Shown in pieces: positions 12,207 to 24,059 of a stretch of 64,000 nt of DNA; the first letter of the stretch is position 1, and every line of letters starts with the position of its first letter. Both the position numbers and the translations under genes were made by a program. The stretch comes from Octopus bimaculoides. Its lineage: Eukaryota. The notes under the pieces were generated by a model, which made no database searches, had not been told where the DNA came from, and saw nothing but the letters and a program-made list of their open reading frames with translations. The stretch covers positions 24,259,134 through 24,323,133 of the forward strand of contig NC_068996.1 in NCBI RefSeq assembly GCF_001194135.2, in the 5' to 3' direction.

Positions 12207-12269
12207 TATAAATGTATGTATGTATGTACATACATATGTATGTATATGCATATACATGCATATACATAT

Positions 12270-12560
12270 ACATATATACAGGATGCTGGAGAGGTGCAAC
12301 ATCACATCCACACCCAGTTATGCATGGTGTTTAAAAGAGGAAGGCATGCCATACATAATTAAATGGAGGCTCCTCGAACAGCTGGAGCCATATCTCAACA
12401 GGAGCGAAGTATGTAAACATTGCTTGGCTGAGAGAGCAAGGAACCTGAAAATCTTACTTGACTCAAGGGCCTTTTTAAACTCTAGGAAAGAACATCCTGA
12501 GAACATACTGGCAAGACCATGTAACCAATGAAGACATTCTAAAGGGAGCCTACACAAAGG
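12270..12560 (+). mobile_element. Penelope-like GIY-YIG C-terminal fragment
   Basis: [44 protein letters not shown]. Confidence 0.75.
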
Positions 12561-12627
12561 TCAGTTCTTCCTTATTTATGCCTCTTTTAATATCCTGGCA
12601 TCAATATAGAATAAACCAATAATATAT

Positions 12628-12790
12628 AAGCGCAGGTGTGGTTGTGGGGTAAGAAGTTTGCTTCCCAACTATATGGTTCTCAGTTCAGTCCCACTGTGTG
12701 GCACCTTGGATAAGAGTCTTCTACTATAACATCGGGTCAACCAAAGCCTCACAAATGGATTTGGTTGATGGAAACTGAAAGAAGCCCATC

Positions 12791-12842
<52 letters not shown>

Positions 12843-13715
12843 NNNNNNNNNNNNNNNNNNNNNNNNNNNNNNNNNNNNNNNNNNNNNNNNNNNNNNNNNN
12901 NNNNNNNNNNNNNNNNNNNNNNNNNNNNNNNNNNNNNNNNNNNNNNNNNNNNNNNNNNNNNNNNNNNNNNNNNNNNNNNNNNNNNNNNNNNNNNNNNNNN
13001 NNNNNNNNNNNNNNNNNNNNNNNNNNNNNNNNNNNNNNNNNNNNNNNNNNNNNNNNNNNNNNNNNNNNNNNNNNNNNNNNNNNNNNNNNNNNNNNNNNNN
13101 NNNNNNNNNNNNNNNNNNNNNNNNNNNNNNNNNNNNNNNNNNNNNNNNNNNNNNNNNNNNNNNNNNNNNNNNNNNNNNNNNNNNNNNNNNNNNNNNNNNN
13201 NNNNNNNNNNNNNNNNNNNNNNNNNNNNNNNNNNNNNNNNNNNNNNNNNNNNNNNCCTGGACTGGCTCTTGTGCGGGTGGCACATAAAAGACACCATTTC
13301 GAGCGTGGCCGTTTTTGTGCGGGTGACACGTAAAAGCACCCACTACACTCTCTGAGTGGTTGGCATTAGGAAGGGCATCCAGCTGTAGAAACTCTGCTAA
13401 ATTAGATTGGAGCCTGGTGTTGCCATCCGGTTTCACCAGTCCTCAGTCAAATCGTCCAACCCATGCCAGCATGGAAGGCGGACGTTAAACGATGATGATG
13501 ATGATGATGATGATATGAATGTGTGTGAGTGTGTGTGTGCGTGAGTGTGTGTGTGCCTTTGTATATGTATTTGTTTCCTACCAGCACTTGATAGAATAAG
13601 TACCAGGCTTTAAAAAAAATAATGAGTATTGGGGTTGATAAGTTTGACTAAAACCCTTGAAAGGTGGTGCCCCAGCATGGCTGCAGTCAAATGAGTGAAG
13701 CAAAATGAAAGATAA
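12628..13715 (+). mobile_element. Family B SINE split at its internal microsatellite by a gap and a family E insertion
   Basis: Head 12628-12790; 3' half 13515-13715 (GAATAAGTACCAGGCT..GGTGCCCCAGCATGGCTGCAGTCAAATGA). Confidence 0.8.
13257..13512 (+). mobile_element. RTE-type 3' end repeat (family E) with (GAT)n tail
   Basis: GGTTGGCATTAGGAAGGGCATCCAGCTGTAGAAAC..CATGGAAGGCGGACGTTAAACGATGATG. Confidence 0.9.
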
Positions 13716-14062
13716 AAAGCAGAAAATAGTTCGCATTGATTTCTTTCTCCATACCCTTCACTCTTAAAGTAAGTTTCTCTTTCAGAAAGGCGACATAATT
13801 CATCTGCCCAGAGACCAGTTAGCAATTTCCAGAGCAATAATAGTTAAACATAGAGGCCTATAATTATTGACTTCCTTTCTGTTTTCTTTATATTTCTATA
13901 TTAACACCATTCTTCCTTTTGTCATCTACATTGGTGTTCCAATTTCTATACAATCAGGGAGACATCATTGTAGTATATTATTATGTATGCCCCAATATTC
14001 AACAATGAAACATCCCACATTCAATAATGTAAACATCCCACTTCTGACAGATAATTGTTTTT

Positions 14063-14222
14063 AGGCATAGCCATAGCTGTGGTAAGAAGCTTGCTTCCCA
14101 ACCACATGGTTCTGAATTCAGTCCTAGTGTGTGGAATCTTGGGAAAGTGACTTCTACTATAACCTTGGAGAAACCAAAGCCCTCTGAGTGGATTTGGTAG
14201 ACGGAAACTGAAAGAAGCCCAC

Positions 14223-14268
<46 letters not shown>

Positions 14269-14503
14269 TTTTCCTCCCATCACCACTTGACAACAATTGT
14301 TGAAGTGTTTGTGTCCCAGTAACTTAGTGGTTTGGCAAAAAGTGACCAATAGAATAAGTACCTCTTCTTATAAAAAAAGAAAGAAGTACTGATGGTGGTG
14401 GTGGTGGTGGTGGTAGTGGTGGGAAGGTCGATTCATTCAACCCTAAGAATTCAAGACGGTGCCTCAGCATGGTTGTAGTCTAGTAACTGAAACAAATAAA
14501 AAG
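14063..14503 (+). mobile_element. Family B SINE, full length with internal (TG)n
   Basis: Collinear with 47241-47615. Confidence 0.85.
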
Positions 14504-14819
14504 ATTTTTTTAAATGCCATACACATACAGAAAACAATAATACTCAGTGTTACCTGCAACTCTTCCTTGACATTCACAACACACATAAAAGACATTGTAA
14601 GGAAATTAAAACAATGTGTAAATATTGAGTAATCACAGGTTCCACTTCAGTCAACAGAAAGAAATACCAACACTGGCATACAAATGATATACATTAGGAA
14701 ACCAGTCATGGATTCTACCAATCTGTTGTAGGTCTCCTCTGAGGTTTGTAGGAAGTTTGTAGCTGTTATTATGATGGTGTGAGGATGGGGTTTGGATTTT
14801 CTGGCTCTCGATAAAAGAA

Positions 14820-15002
14820 ACCTTAATACAGTTCTATATTTAGGAGATGAGGAATTATGTACATTATTTACATTATTTACATTAGACGGATATTTATCCT
14901 CATCTTGTTTGTTGTTAACACAACATTTCAGCTGATATACCTTCCAGCCTTCATCAGGTGTCTTGGGGAAATTTCTCATTCATAAGGTATTTTTCGATGT
15001 TA
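14820..15002 (-). mobile_element. Penelope-like pseudo-LTR carrying a hammerhead motif
   Basis: Hammerhead core followed by AT-rich sequence, the usual PLE pLTR layout; PLE assignment is inferred. Confidence 0.6.
14917..14963 (-). ncRNA. Minimal type I hammerhead ribozyme motif
   Basis: GACAC-CTGATGA-A-GGCTG(GAAGGTATAT)CAGCT-GAAA-TG-TT-GTGTT; stems I and II pair; CpG-type changes relative to CAGCCGAAACGTT. Confidence 0.7.
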
Positions 15003-15098
<96 letters not shown>

Positions 15099-15232
15099 GT
15101 TTAACGTCCGCTTTCCATGCTAGCATGGGTTGGACGATTTGACTGAGAACTGGTGAACCAGATGGCTACACCAGGCTCCAATCTGATTTGGCAGAGTTTC
15201 TACAGCTGGATGCCCTTCCTAACATCAACCAC
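15003..15232 (-). mobile_element. Family E 3' end with a long (CAT)n tail
   Basis: (CAT)n then CGTTTAACGTCCGCTTTCCATGCTAGCATGGGTTGGACG. Confidence 0.9.
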
Positions 15233-15429
15233 CCCTAATGTAACTACCATGTCAGCTTTTTCTGCAGATACTTTGATAACAACATGATGCCAAATTTTGT
15301 GTTATTTTCAAGAGAAGTCCTCTACTAGTTACTTTCGAAGTCTTCTTTGAACTGTCAGATGTAAGTCTACCTCGAAGGAAACAATGTAGTTATTAATAAG
15401 AAAAGTTGAAGTTCATGCAAGATTTCACT

Positions 15430-15431
15430 GC

Positions 15432-15462
<31 letters not shown>

Positions 15463-15630
15463 TTATCATCTGCTTTCCATGCCAGCATGGATTGGATGGC
15501 TTGACAGGAGCTGCCATGTTTAAGGTTTGCACCAAGCTCTATTGCCTGCTTTGGCATTCTTTTTATGGCTGAATGCCCTTCCCAATGCCAACCACTGACA
15601 GCTTGTGTTTCCTGTACCTTCAATATTCAC
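15430..15630 (-). mobile_element. Decayed family E-like 3' end
   Basis: CATCATC..TTTCCATGCCAGCATGG..GGCTGAATGCCCTTCCCAATGCCAACCAC. Confidence 0.7.
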
Positions 15631-15672
15631 TAAATCCAGTGGATTTTGTATCTGTGCATGTGTGTGTGTGTG

Positions 15673-15714
<42 letters not shown>

Positions 15715-15881
15715 TGCATATCTGTGCTTGTGTTCTGCCAGCCATTGATGTGCAAATGTTCAAGAGGAATGGTAAAAACTATATCTGTCACACACACCAA
15801 CCAAAGCTCATATACACATACATACACAAATGCATATAGACACTCATACACACATTCACATGCACACTCATGTACGCACGT

Positions 15882-15912
<31 letters not shown>

Positions 15913-16622
15913 TTCAGCAACATTTATACCTTAATACAGAAGTCTGGTGCAGGCTTCTGTTTGGCCGGCTCTTGTGGNNNNNNNNNNNNNNNNNNNNNNN
16001 NNNNNNNNNNNNNNNNNNNNNNNNNNNNNNNNNNNNNNNNNNNNNNNNNNNNNNNNNNNNNNNNNNNNNNNNNNNNNNNNNNNNNNNNNNNNNNNNNNNN
16101 NNNNNNNNNNNNNNNNNNNNNNNNNNNNNNNNNNNNNNNNNNNNNNNNNNNNNNNNNNNNNNNNNNNNNNNNNNNNNNNNNNNNNNNNNNNNNNNNNNNN
16201 NNNNNNNNNNNNNNNNNNNNNNNNNNNNNNNNNNNNNNNNNNNNNNNNNNNNNNNNNNNNNNNNNNNNNNNNNNNNNNNNNNNNNNNNNNNNNNNNNNNN
16301 NNNNNNNNNNNNNNNNNNNNNNNNNNNNNNNNNNNNNNNNNNNNNNNNNNNNNNNNNNNNNNNNNNNNNNNNNNNNNNNNNNNNNNNNNNNNNNNNNNNN
16401 NNNNNNNNNNNNNNNNNNNNNNNNNNNNNNNNNNNNNNNNNNNNNNNNNNNNNNNNNNNNNNNNNNNNNNNNNNNNNNNNNNNNNNNNNNNNNNNNNNNN
16501 NNNNNNNNNNNNNNNNNNNNNNNNNNNNNNNNNNNNNNNNNNNNNNNNNNNNNNNNNNNNNNNNNNNNNNNNNNNNNNNNNNNNNNNNNNNNNNNNNNNN
16601 NNNNNNNNNNNNNNNNNNNNNN

Positions 16623-17292
16623 GCAGCAGCAGCAGCAGCAGCAGCAGTGGTGGCGGCGGTGTCGGTGGCGGTGGTGGTGGTGGTGGTGGTGGTGGTGGTA
16701 GTGATTGTGGTGGTGGTGTTGCTATACAGTGGAGCCAGGCATCTGTGGTTTGCAAAAGAGTTAATAATCAGAATAATCATACATAGACAAAAGGTATGTA
16801 TGATTGTATGTATGTATGTATGTATGCATATGAGTGTGTATGTGTATGTATGTGTGTGTATGTATGCATGTGTGTATGTGTGTGTATATGTATGTATATG
16901 TGCTTATGTGTATGTATACATGTATGTATGTGTATGTATGTGTATGTATGTATGTATGCATGCATGTATGCATATGTGTGTGTATATGTATGTATGTGCG
17001 TGTATGTATGCCTGTGTGTATGTGTGTGTATATGCATGTATGTATATGTGCTTATGTGTATGTATGCGTGTATATATGTGTATGTATGTGTATGTGTATA
17101 CATGTGTATGTATGTATGANNNNNNNNNNGCATGTGCGCATACACACAGACACACATTCATACATACATATATATGCATACATAAGTATGTACATACATA
17201 CATATATACATACATACTTACATGCATGTGTAAGTATGTATGTATGTATGTATGCATTATGCATGTATTTATGTATGTATGTACATATGTAC
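16623..17292. repeat. CAG/GGT tract followed by a compound (TATG)/(TG) microsatellite
   Basis: Direct reading. Confidence 0.95.
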
Positions 17293-18591
17293 AGCTGGTA
17301 AGGCAACATGAACAGATTAAGAAACTGCACTCAATCTCGAAGGTGGCATATAAATACAGATGAGAGCTTAACCTACCTGATTATGATGATGAGGACATAC
17401 CACCCACTAAGGCAGCAAAAAAGTGTAAAACAAAAGCCAAACAGAAAAACTTGAAGGAAATATCAAGACTGTGGAGAGAAAAAACCATCGCGTGGACAAT
17501 ACCCCAAACAAGCTGGGGAAGCTGATGTAGATATAAGACCCTATTAGTGGCTGTAGTGTGTTGATTTGAAAGCCAAAACAGAAGGATTCATCTTAGCAGC
17601 ACAAGATCATAGTCTCCTCACTGGGAACTATCAAGCTAATATCACACAATGAGGTAGACACTGCAATGACAAACTTGAGAGTATTGACCACATTGTTGCT
17701 GGTTGCTGACTCCTTGCCCCTACAGAATATGAAACCAGGCATGATCAAGTTTGCCAATGCTTGCACCACTATTGTATTCTGCACCCTACGAACTTGCATG
17801 AACACCATCCAGAGCCAGTCACCACCCAGAACCAGGGAGAGAATGTTACCATCCTATGGGATTATTGAATACATACAGATAGACAAATAAATGCTAACAG
17901 ACCAGATATCGTCATCAAAGACCTAAAACAAAAAACATGCCTGTTAATTGATATGAGAAAGCCTATTGATAGAAACATCTCAGCAAAAGAATTTGAAAAA
18001 CTGTCGAAATATAAGGACCCTGAGATTGAGATAGCTAAGACATGGCAATTAAAAACCAAAACCATCCTTGTTGTTGTAGGTGCCCTGGGAATGATCAAGA
18101 AAGGTACTGACAAATTTTTTGACCAGATCCCTAGGAAACCAACAATCTATGAAACTCAAAAAAATGTGTTGACATCAACTGTCCACGTTCTCAAGAAGTA
18201 TCTCTCCATCTAATATATTTTTGCTTCAGGCGGTGAGCTGGCAGAATCGTTAGCACACCAGACGAAATGCTTAGCGACATTTCGTCTGGTGTGCTAACGA
18301 TTCTGCCAGCTCAATCTTAGCGACATTTCGTCTGCCGCAATGTTCTGAGTTCAAATTCCATCGAGGTCAACTTTGCCTTTCATCCTTTTGGGGTCGATTA
18401 AATAAGTACCAGTTATGCACTGGGGTAGATCTAATCGAATTAATCCCTTTGTCTGTCCTTATTTGTCCCCTCTATGTTTAGCCCCTTGTGAGCAATAAAG
18501 AAATTAATATATATATATATGCTTTAGGTTTCTGGCTGAGACCTGATCAGAAGATGAAATAAAATGCAATTCAATCAGAAAATGATAATAA

Positions 18592-18622
<31 letters not shown>
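17293..18622 (+). mobile_element. R4/Dong-like REL non-LTR retrotransposon, 5'-truncated, SINE inserted in the 3'UTR, (TAA)n tail
   Basis: LKAKTEGFILAAQD; CCHC knuckle CRHCNDKLESIDHIVAGC..RHDQV; REL motif RPDIVIKDLKQKTCLLID..KEFEKLSKYKD..VVVGALG; stop at 18211-18213; TAA tract at 18585-18622. Confidence 0.9.
18229..18506 (+). mobile_element. tRNA-derived SINE, family A, with an inverted duplication of its head
   Basis: GGCGGTGAGCTGGCAGAATCGTTAG..GAGTTCAAATTCC..AATAAAGAAAT; collinear with 40770-41001. Confidence 0.9.
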
Positions 18623-18624
<2 letters not shown>

Positions 18625-18995
18625 TTTTTCTACTGTAGGTACAAGGCCTGACATTCAACCCTAGTGCTCAACTGGTACTTATTTTATTGACTGTGAAATG
18701 ATTAAAGACAAAGTTGACCTCTATGGACTTTGTGCTCAGAACATAACAGATGAAATGCTACTAAGCATTTTTCTCCAGCATGATTCTGCCAGCTCACTTC
18801 CTTACCAAGCATCAAACATTGATTTCAAATTTTTGGTATGAGGTCAGCAATTTTGGAGGAGAGGTAAGTTTGACTATATTAACCCCAGTACTGAACTGGT
18901 ACTCATTTTATCAACCCTGAAAGGATGAAAGGCAAAGTCAATCTTGGTGGAATTTGAACTCACAATATAAAGATGGACAAACATAAAGATGGTAA
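18625..18995 (-). mobile_element. Two tandem decayed family A-variant SINEs
   Basis: Two copies of AACTGGTACT(T/C)ATTTTAT..GAAAG(G/A)CAAAGT at ~18670-18720 and ~18895-18945. Confidence 0.75.
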
Positions 18996-19399
18996 CAATT
19001 CTACAGAGAGCATCAAGTATTGGCAGTAAATTGGTTGGGGCATTTGAGCATCAGATGAAATGACTTTCCTTGAAGCAAAATGAAATAACTAGTTGAGTGC
19101 AGGAGATTGTCGGAACTGTTAGAGCATTGGATTAGATCCCTTGCAAGCATCTGTTCTCACTCTTTGCATTCTGAGTTCAAATCCCATCTAAGGGACTCAA
19201 ATCCCAAAGGACCATAATCAGTAATGGATGGCTACAACGGTTATTTGAATCATGGGTTTAGAATTTCAAAGATGAAATATGAACTGAGAATGCAAAAATT
19301 TGCAATGGCTACTGCAAGACATCTTGTCTACCAATCCATGATCCTTGGGATTTAATACTTTATGTTATTGATTCCAGAAAACTGAAAAGCAAAGGTCAG

Positions 19400-19535
19400 C
19401 ATCATAATTACCACCACCATCAACATCAGCACCATCATCATCACCACCACTACCATTACCACTACAAACACCACCACCATCACTATCACCACCACCATTA
19501 CTACTACTCCTGTCATCACTAGTTCTATCATTGCT

Positions 19536-19572
<37 letters not shown>

Positions 19573-19730
19573 CCATCATCACCATCATCATTATCATTAT
19601 AATCATCATCATCATCATCGTCACCATCACCACTACCAACACCAACATTGTCACCACCTCCATCACCACCAATTCCATCATCACCGATTCTGTCATCACC
19701 AATTCCATCATCACCAATTCCGTCGTTGTT

Positions 19731-19762
<32 letters not shown>

Positions 19763-19930
19763 TTATCATATAACATTTGGTTTCCATGCTGACATGGGTT
19801 GGATAATTTGCCAGGTTTTTGACGGGTCAGAGGACTTATCAGTCACCCAACCATACTTCACCTTGGCATGGTTTCTACAGCTGGATTCCACTTCCAAACA
19901 CCAACCATTTTGTACAGTGTGTACAGACGT
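19400..19930 (-). repeat. CAC/CAT low-complexity tract ending in a decayed family E 3' end (19720-19930)
   Basis: TTTCCATGCTGACATGGGTTGGA..TTTCTACAGCTGGAT..CCAACCA. Confidence 0.75.
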
Positions 19931-20260
19931 CTTCCTTTTCCTTTTTCTTCATTTCACAGCACCAACACTAATGTTGGTGCCATAAAAACTTGCAAGGAGG
20001 GAAAAGTCTAAAGTGACCTCTATAATTGAAGGAGAATAGAAGAGAGAGTCGGTGAAGATCCTAGGTAGAAGGAGGAAGGAATGGTAAGTAAGAGAAGAGG
20101 ATAAAGGAATATGGTATGGAACAGGAGAGGTTGAAGGTATTAGTGAAGGTGGAGAAAAAAACGGAGTGGAGTTGTCAGATTCAAAGTTAGAGTGCCAGAA
20201 AGACGACATGTACTGGATACAGCGCCATGCTATATTCAGTGCTCTAATGACTTTGCCAGT

Positions 20261-20639
20261 GGAGGCGCAATGGCCCAGTGGTTAGGGCAGCGGATTCGCG
20301 GTTTCAATTCCCAGACCGGGCGTTGTGAGTGTTTATTGAGCGAAAACACCTAAAAAGCTCCACGAGGCTCTGGCAGGGGATGGTGGTGAACCCTGCTGTA
20401 CTCTTTCATCACAACTTTCTCTCACTCTTACTTCCTGTTTCTGTTGTGCCTGTAATTCAAAGGGTCAGCCTTGTCACACTGTGTCACGCTGAATATCCCC
20501 GAGAACTACGTTAAGGGTACACGTGTCTGTGGAGTGCTCAGCCACTTGCACGTTAATTTCACGAGCAGGCTGTTCCATTGATTGGATCAACTGGAACCCT
20601 CGACGTTGTAAGCGACGGAGTGCCAATAACAACAACAAC
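20261..20639 (+). mobile_element. tRNA-derived SINE, family C, with 14-bp TSD
   Basis: A box TGGCCCAGTGG, B box GGTTTCAATTCC, (CAA)n tail; TSD AATGACTTTGCCAG at 20246-20259 and 20640-20653. Confidence 0.95.
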
Positions 20640-21764
20640 AATGACTTTGCCAGCTTGCCACATGTGGTGTATGGTTCTGTATGAGTTATGTACCTTTATG
20701 TTCAGGTTTAGCCTTGTCATCTATCCCTTATGAGGTCAATCAAGAAAAGTACCTGACAAAAGTTGTAGCAATCCAATACTGAACTATCCCATCACTTTGA
20801 TGAACAAGGATCCAGCAAGACACAGCTGTACGATATCTTTAGCTTTGATGTTTTACTACATTGCTTGATATGAGAATTCACACCTTTCCTGGATTTGCAG
20901 ATCCAGGAAAGGTGTTGCAGTCATGAACTCTGTCATTTGGGGATAGATTGAACCCAGCCCTAAGCTGAACACACACTCACTCTCTCTCTCTCTCTCTCTC
21001 CTTCAGAGTTTTTGATCTTGGCCACCTCAAAGTCCTGGAAGAGGTGCTACAGCATGGCCACATGAGTGGGGAGGATTGTGGTTGTCTGTTACCATAACTG
21101 AACAATAATGATGATGATGATGAGGAGGAGGAGGAGCATGATGATGATGATCCAGTTTTAGATTTTGCAACTATATTCTTTGGAATATGATTTCAGTACT
21201 CTAATTTCTTAATGAGAACTATGTTAACCTTTAGGAGACGACGGAGCCATTCTATTGGCTGAGAAGTCAAATGACAAAGAAGATTGTATTAGTTCATTCA
21301 ACTTTCTACAAGAATATATATAGTTTTATACATGTAAAGTAATTATTTTTTATAATCTTTTTTTTTTTTTTGAAAAATTGGTGCATGCCCTCTGTAGGGC
21401 TTGTGAAAAGGGTTCTGTCTTCTTGGCACTGAAACTCCAAATAACGCTCCACCTCCAAACAGTTAAATAAGAACTTGAAGGACAAACAAAACTAACCCAT
21501 CTGAAAAGGCCTCTAAAAAAAAAATTTTTAATAATTGGTCGGTCCATTTCATGGAATAAATGTGAAGTTGTACATTTAATGGACATTTTTTTAAATAGAA
21601 ATATTGCTTAGATTAGAAAAAAAAAAAAGAATTCTTCATCTTTCCATTCTTCTAGTCAGTCAGATGAAATGTCCTTGAACATCATAAAACTGATTAATGG
21701 TTAATATTTGATGCAATATGGAAGCAGTTCTTTGAAAACCGTAATAAGCTATATAAGTTGTTGT

Positions 21765-22190
21765 TGTCGCTGTTGCAGTTGTTTTGCTAAAAGATGGTTT
21801 TTGTCACTGCTGTGATTGTTTTGCTACTTTTGCTGCTGCTGCTGCCGTTGTTGTTTTTACTGTTGTTGTTGGTATTGTTGTTGCTTGTTGCTTGTTGTTA
21901 TTCTGTTGCTTTTGTCATCATTTATTGGTAGACAGGTGGTTGTTGTTGTTGTTGCTACTTATGATGATGATGATGACGATGTTGCTGCTGCTGCTGTTTT
22001 TGTGGTTAATGTGGTTTTTGTTATTGTTATCTTGCTGTTGTTGTTGTTGTTGTTGACACTGTTCTGGTTAATGTGGTTTTTGTTATTGTTATCTTGCTGT
22101 TGTTGCTGTTGTTGTTGACACTGTTCTGGTTAATGTGATTTTTGTTGTTATGAATGTTGTTGTTTTTATTGTTGTTATACCTTGTCATTA
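21765..22190. repeat. GTT/GCT low-complexity tract with a 62-bp internal tandem repeat
   Basis: TTAATGTG at 22006, 22068 and 22130. Confidence 0.85.
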
Positions 22191-22576
22191 GGAGGCGCAA
22201 TGGCCTAGTGGTTAGGGCAGCGGACTCGCAGTCATAGGATCACGGTTTCGATTCCCAGACCGGGCGTTGTGAGTGTTTATTGAGCGAAAACACCTAAAGC
22301 TCCACGAGGCTCCAACAGGGGATGGTGGCGAACCCTGCTGTACTCTTCCACCACAACCTTCTCTCACTCTTACTTCCTGTTTCTGTTGTGCCTGTAATTG
22401 AAAGGGTCAGCCTTGTCACACTGTGTCACGCTGAATATCCCCGAGAACTATGTTAAGGGTACACGTGACTGTGGAGTGCTCAGCCACTTGCACGTTAATT
22501 TCACGAGCAGGCTGTTCCGTTGATCGGGTCAACTGGAACCCTCGACGTCGTAAGCGACGGAGTGCCAACAGCAACA
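22191..22576 (+). mobile_element. tRNA-derived SINE, family C, with ~12-bp TSD
   Basis: Highly similar to 20261-20639; TSD TA(C/T)CTTGTCATT on both sides. Confidence 0.95.
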
Positions 22577-22871
22577 TATCTTGTCATTGTTGATGATGAA
22601 GATGTTCTTAATGTTGATAATGACGTCGCTAGGGTTAATGTGGTTTTTGTTACTGCAGTGGTTGTTGTGATTGATGTTGTTGTTGTTGTTGTTGTTGCCA
22701 ATGTAGTTTTTATTACTATTGCAGTTACTGTTGCTATTGTTTTGTGATTGTTATTGTTGTTATAGAGTTATCCTTGTTGTTGTGGCTGCTACTGCTGCTG
22801 TTATGTGGTTGTTGTCATTAATGCTGTTGTTATTGTTGTGGTTACTATTTCAGCTGCTGTTGTCCGAACAG

Positions 22872-22933
<62 letters not shown>

Positions 22934-23019
22934 AGTGCTGCTCAAACAGGTATGTTACACAAAAATATCTAGAAATCCTTGTCCAAGGAATTCAGTCTTC
23001 TGCCAAAGTATTGGAACAC

Positions 23020-23225
23020 TCCATCCATCCATTCACCCATCCATGCATTCACCCATCCATGCATCCACTCATCCATGCATCCACCCATCCATCCACCCAT
23101 CAATCCATCCACTCATCCATATCCACCCATCCATATCCACCCACTCATCCATATCCACCCATCCATTCACATACCCATCCATCCATCTATCCATCAATTC
23201 ATCCGTTCATCTGTCCATCTACATT
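23020..23225. repeat. (CCAT)n degenerate tetranucleotide repeat
   Basis: Direct reading. Confidence 0.9.
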
Positions 23226-23560
23226 CTCTGCCTACTATTACTGGGAGGGTGATGGGAGTAGTAGTGTTTATGGGGCACCTTCAGCATAGGGTCCCTATCA
23301 CAAGCAACCATCATTACACTTTCTTATTCCCAATCACAACAAAACAGCTGTTCCCCACCGGATCAGCTTTGAGCTTCTGGGACATGCATCATTTTCACTC
23401 CCACTCCACACCTCCAAGAACAAGTTACAGCTCAATTACTAATTGTACCAGAATTAGGTGGAGTCCACAATATATTTTTTGAACAGACTTCTCTGTCTTA
23501 GGATACTAACTATTTATAATTTAAAACCAGTTCCTCAGTTTTAGTGCTGTAGCACCTCCT

Positions 23561-24005
23561 TTAACCCTTCAGCATTCAGATTACTTTGTGAAAAGTAATG
23601 CTTATTTATTCACATTGTTTTGAATTAATCTTGTATTACCTCATATCTCTGACATTTCAATGATGTGATTGTTTTAAGAATAACATTGTAGGGTAGGTGT
23701 GAAAGACTGGATTTGGTTGGTTTGAACATTAAAACAGGTAGAATATTTGAGTTGGACATGGCCACTTTAACCCTTTCATTACCAACCTGGCTGAAACTAG
23801 CTCTGGCTCTGTAGTACAAATGTCTAGTTTTCATAAGTTTTGAATTAAAATCTTCCACCAAACCTTAATCACAATTTATGTTCCTAACACTAGCTGAATG
23901 ATAAGTAAGTTATTCTACTAAATTCTTTGTTATATTTAAAGTAATTGAAAGAAATACAGAGCATCTCAAAATAAATACAGTAACAAAAGGGTTAAATGCT
24001 AAAGG
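23561..24005. mobile_element. piggyBac-type MITE (outer element)
   Basis: TTAA-CCCTTCAGCATT left end and AATGCTAAAGG right end. Confidence 0.65.
23771..23991. mobile_element. piggyBac-type MITE nested in the outer MITE, TTAA TSD
   Basis: TTAA|CCCTTTCATTAC ... GTAACAAAAGGG|TTAA; a partial related copy lies at ~10395-10475. Confidence 0.8.
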
Positions 24006-24059
24006 TGGAGCACCTTGAAGTAGATCAATAGATCTGGATCAATGGAATTTTATTTTAGT

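Noticed and set aside
20261-20320. tRNA gene (also at 22191, 34713, 47241 and 8416)
   Set aside because: Heads continue into SINE bodies with tails and TSDs; no complete cloverleaf
23625-23861. 78-aa ORF
   Set aside because: Crosses the junction of two nested MITEs
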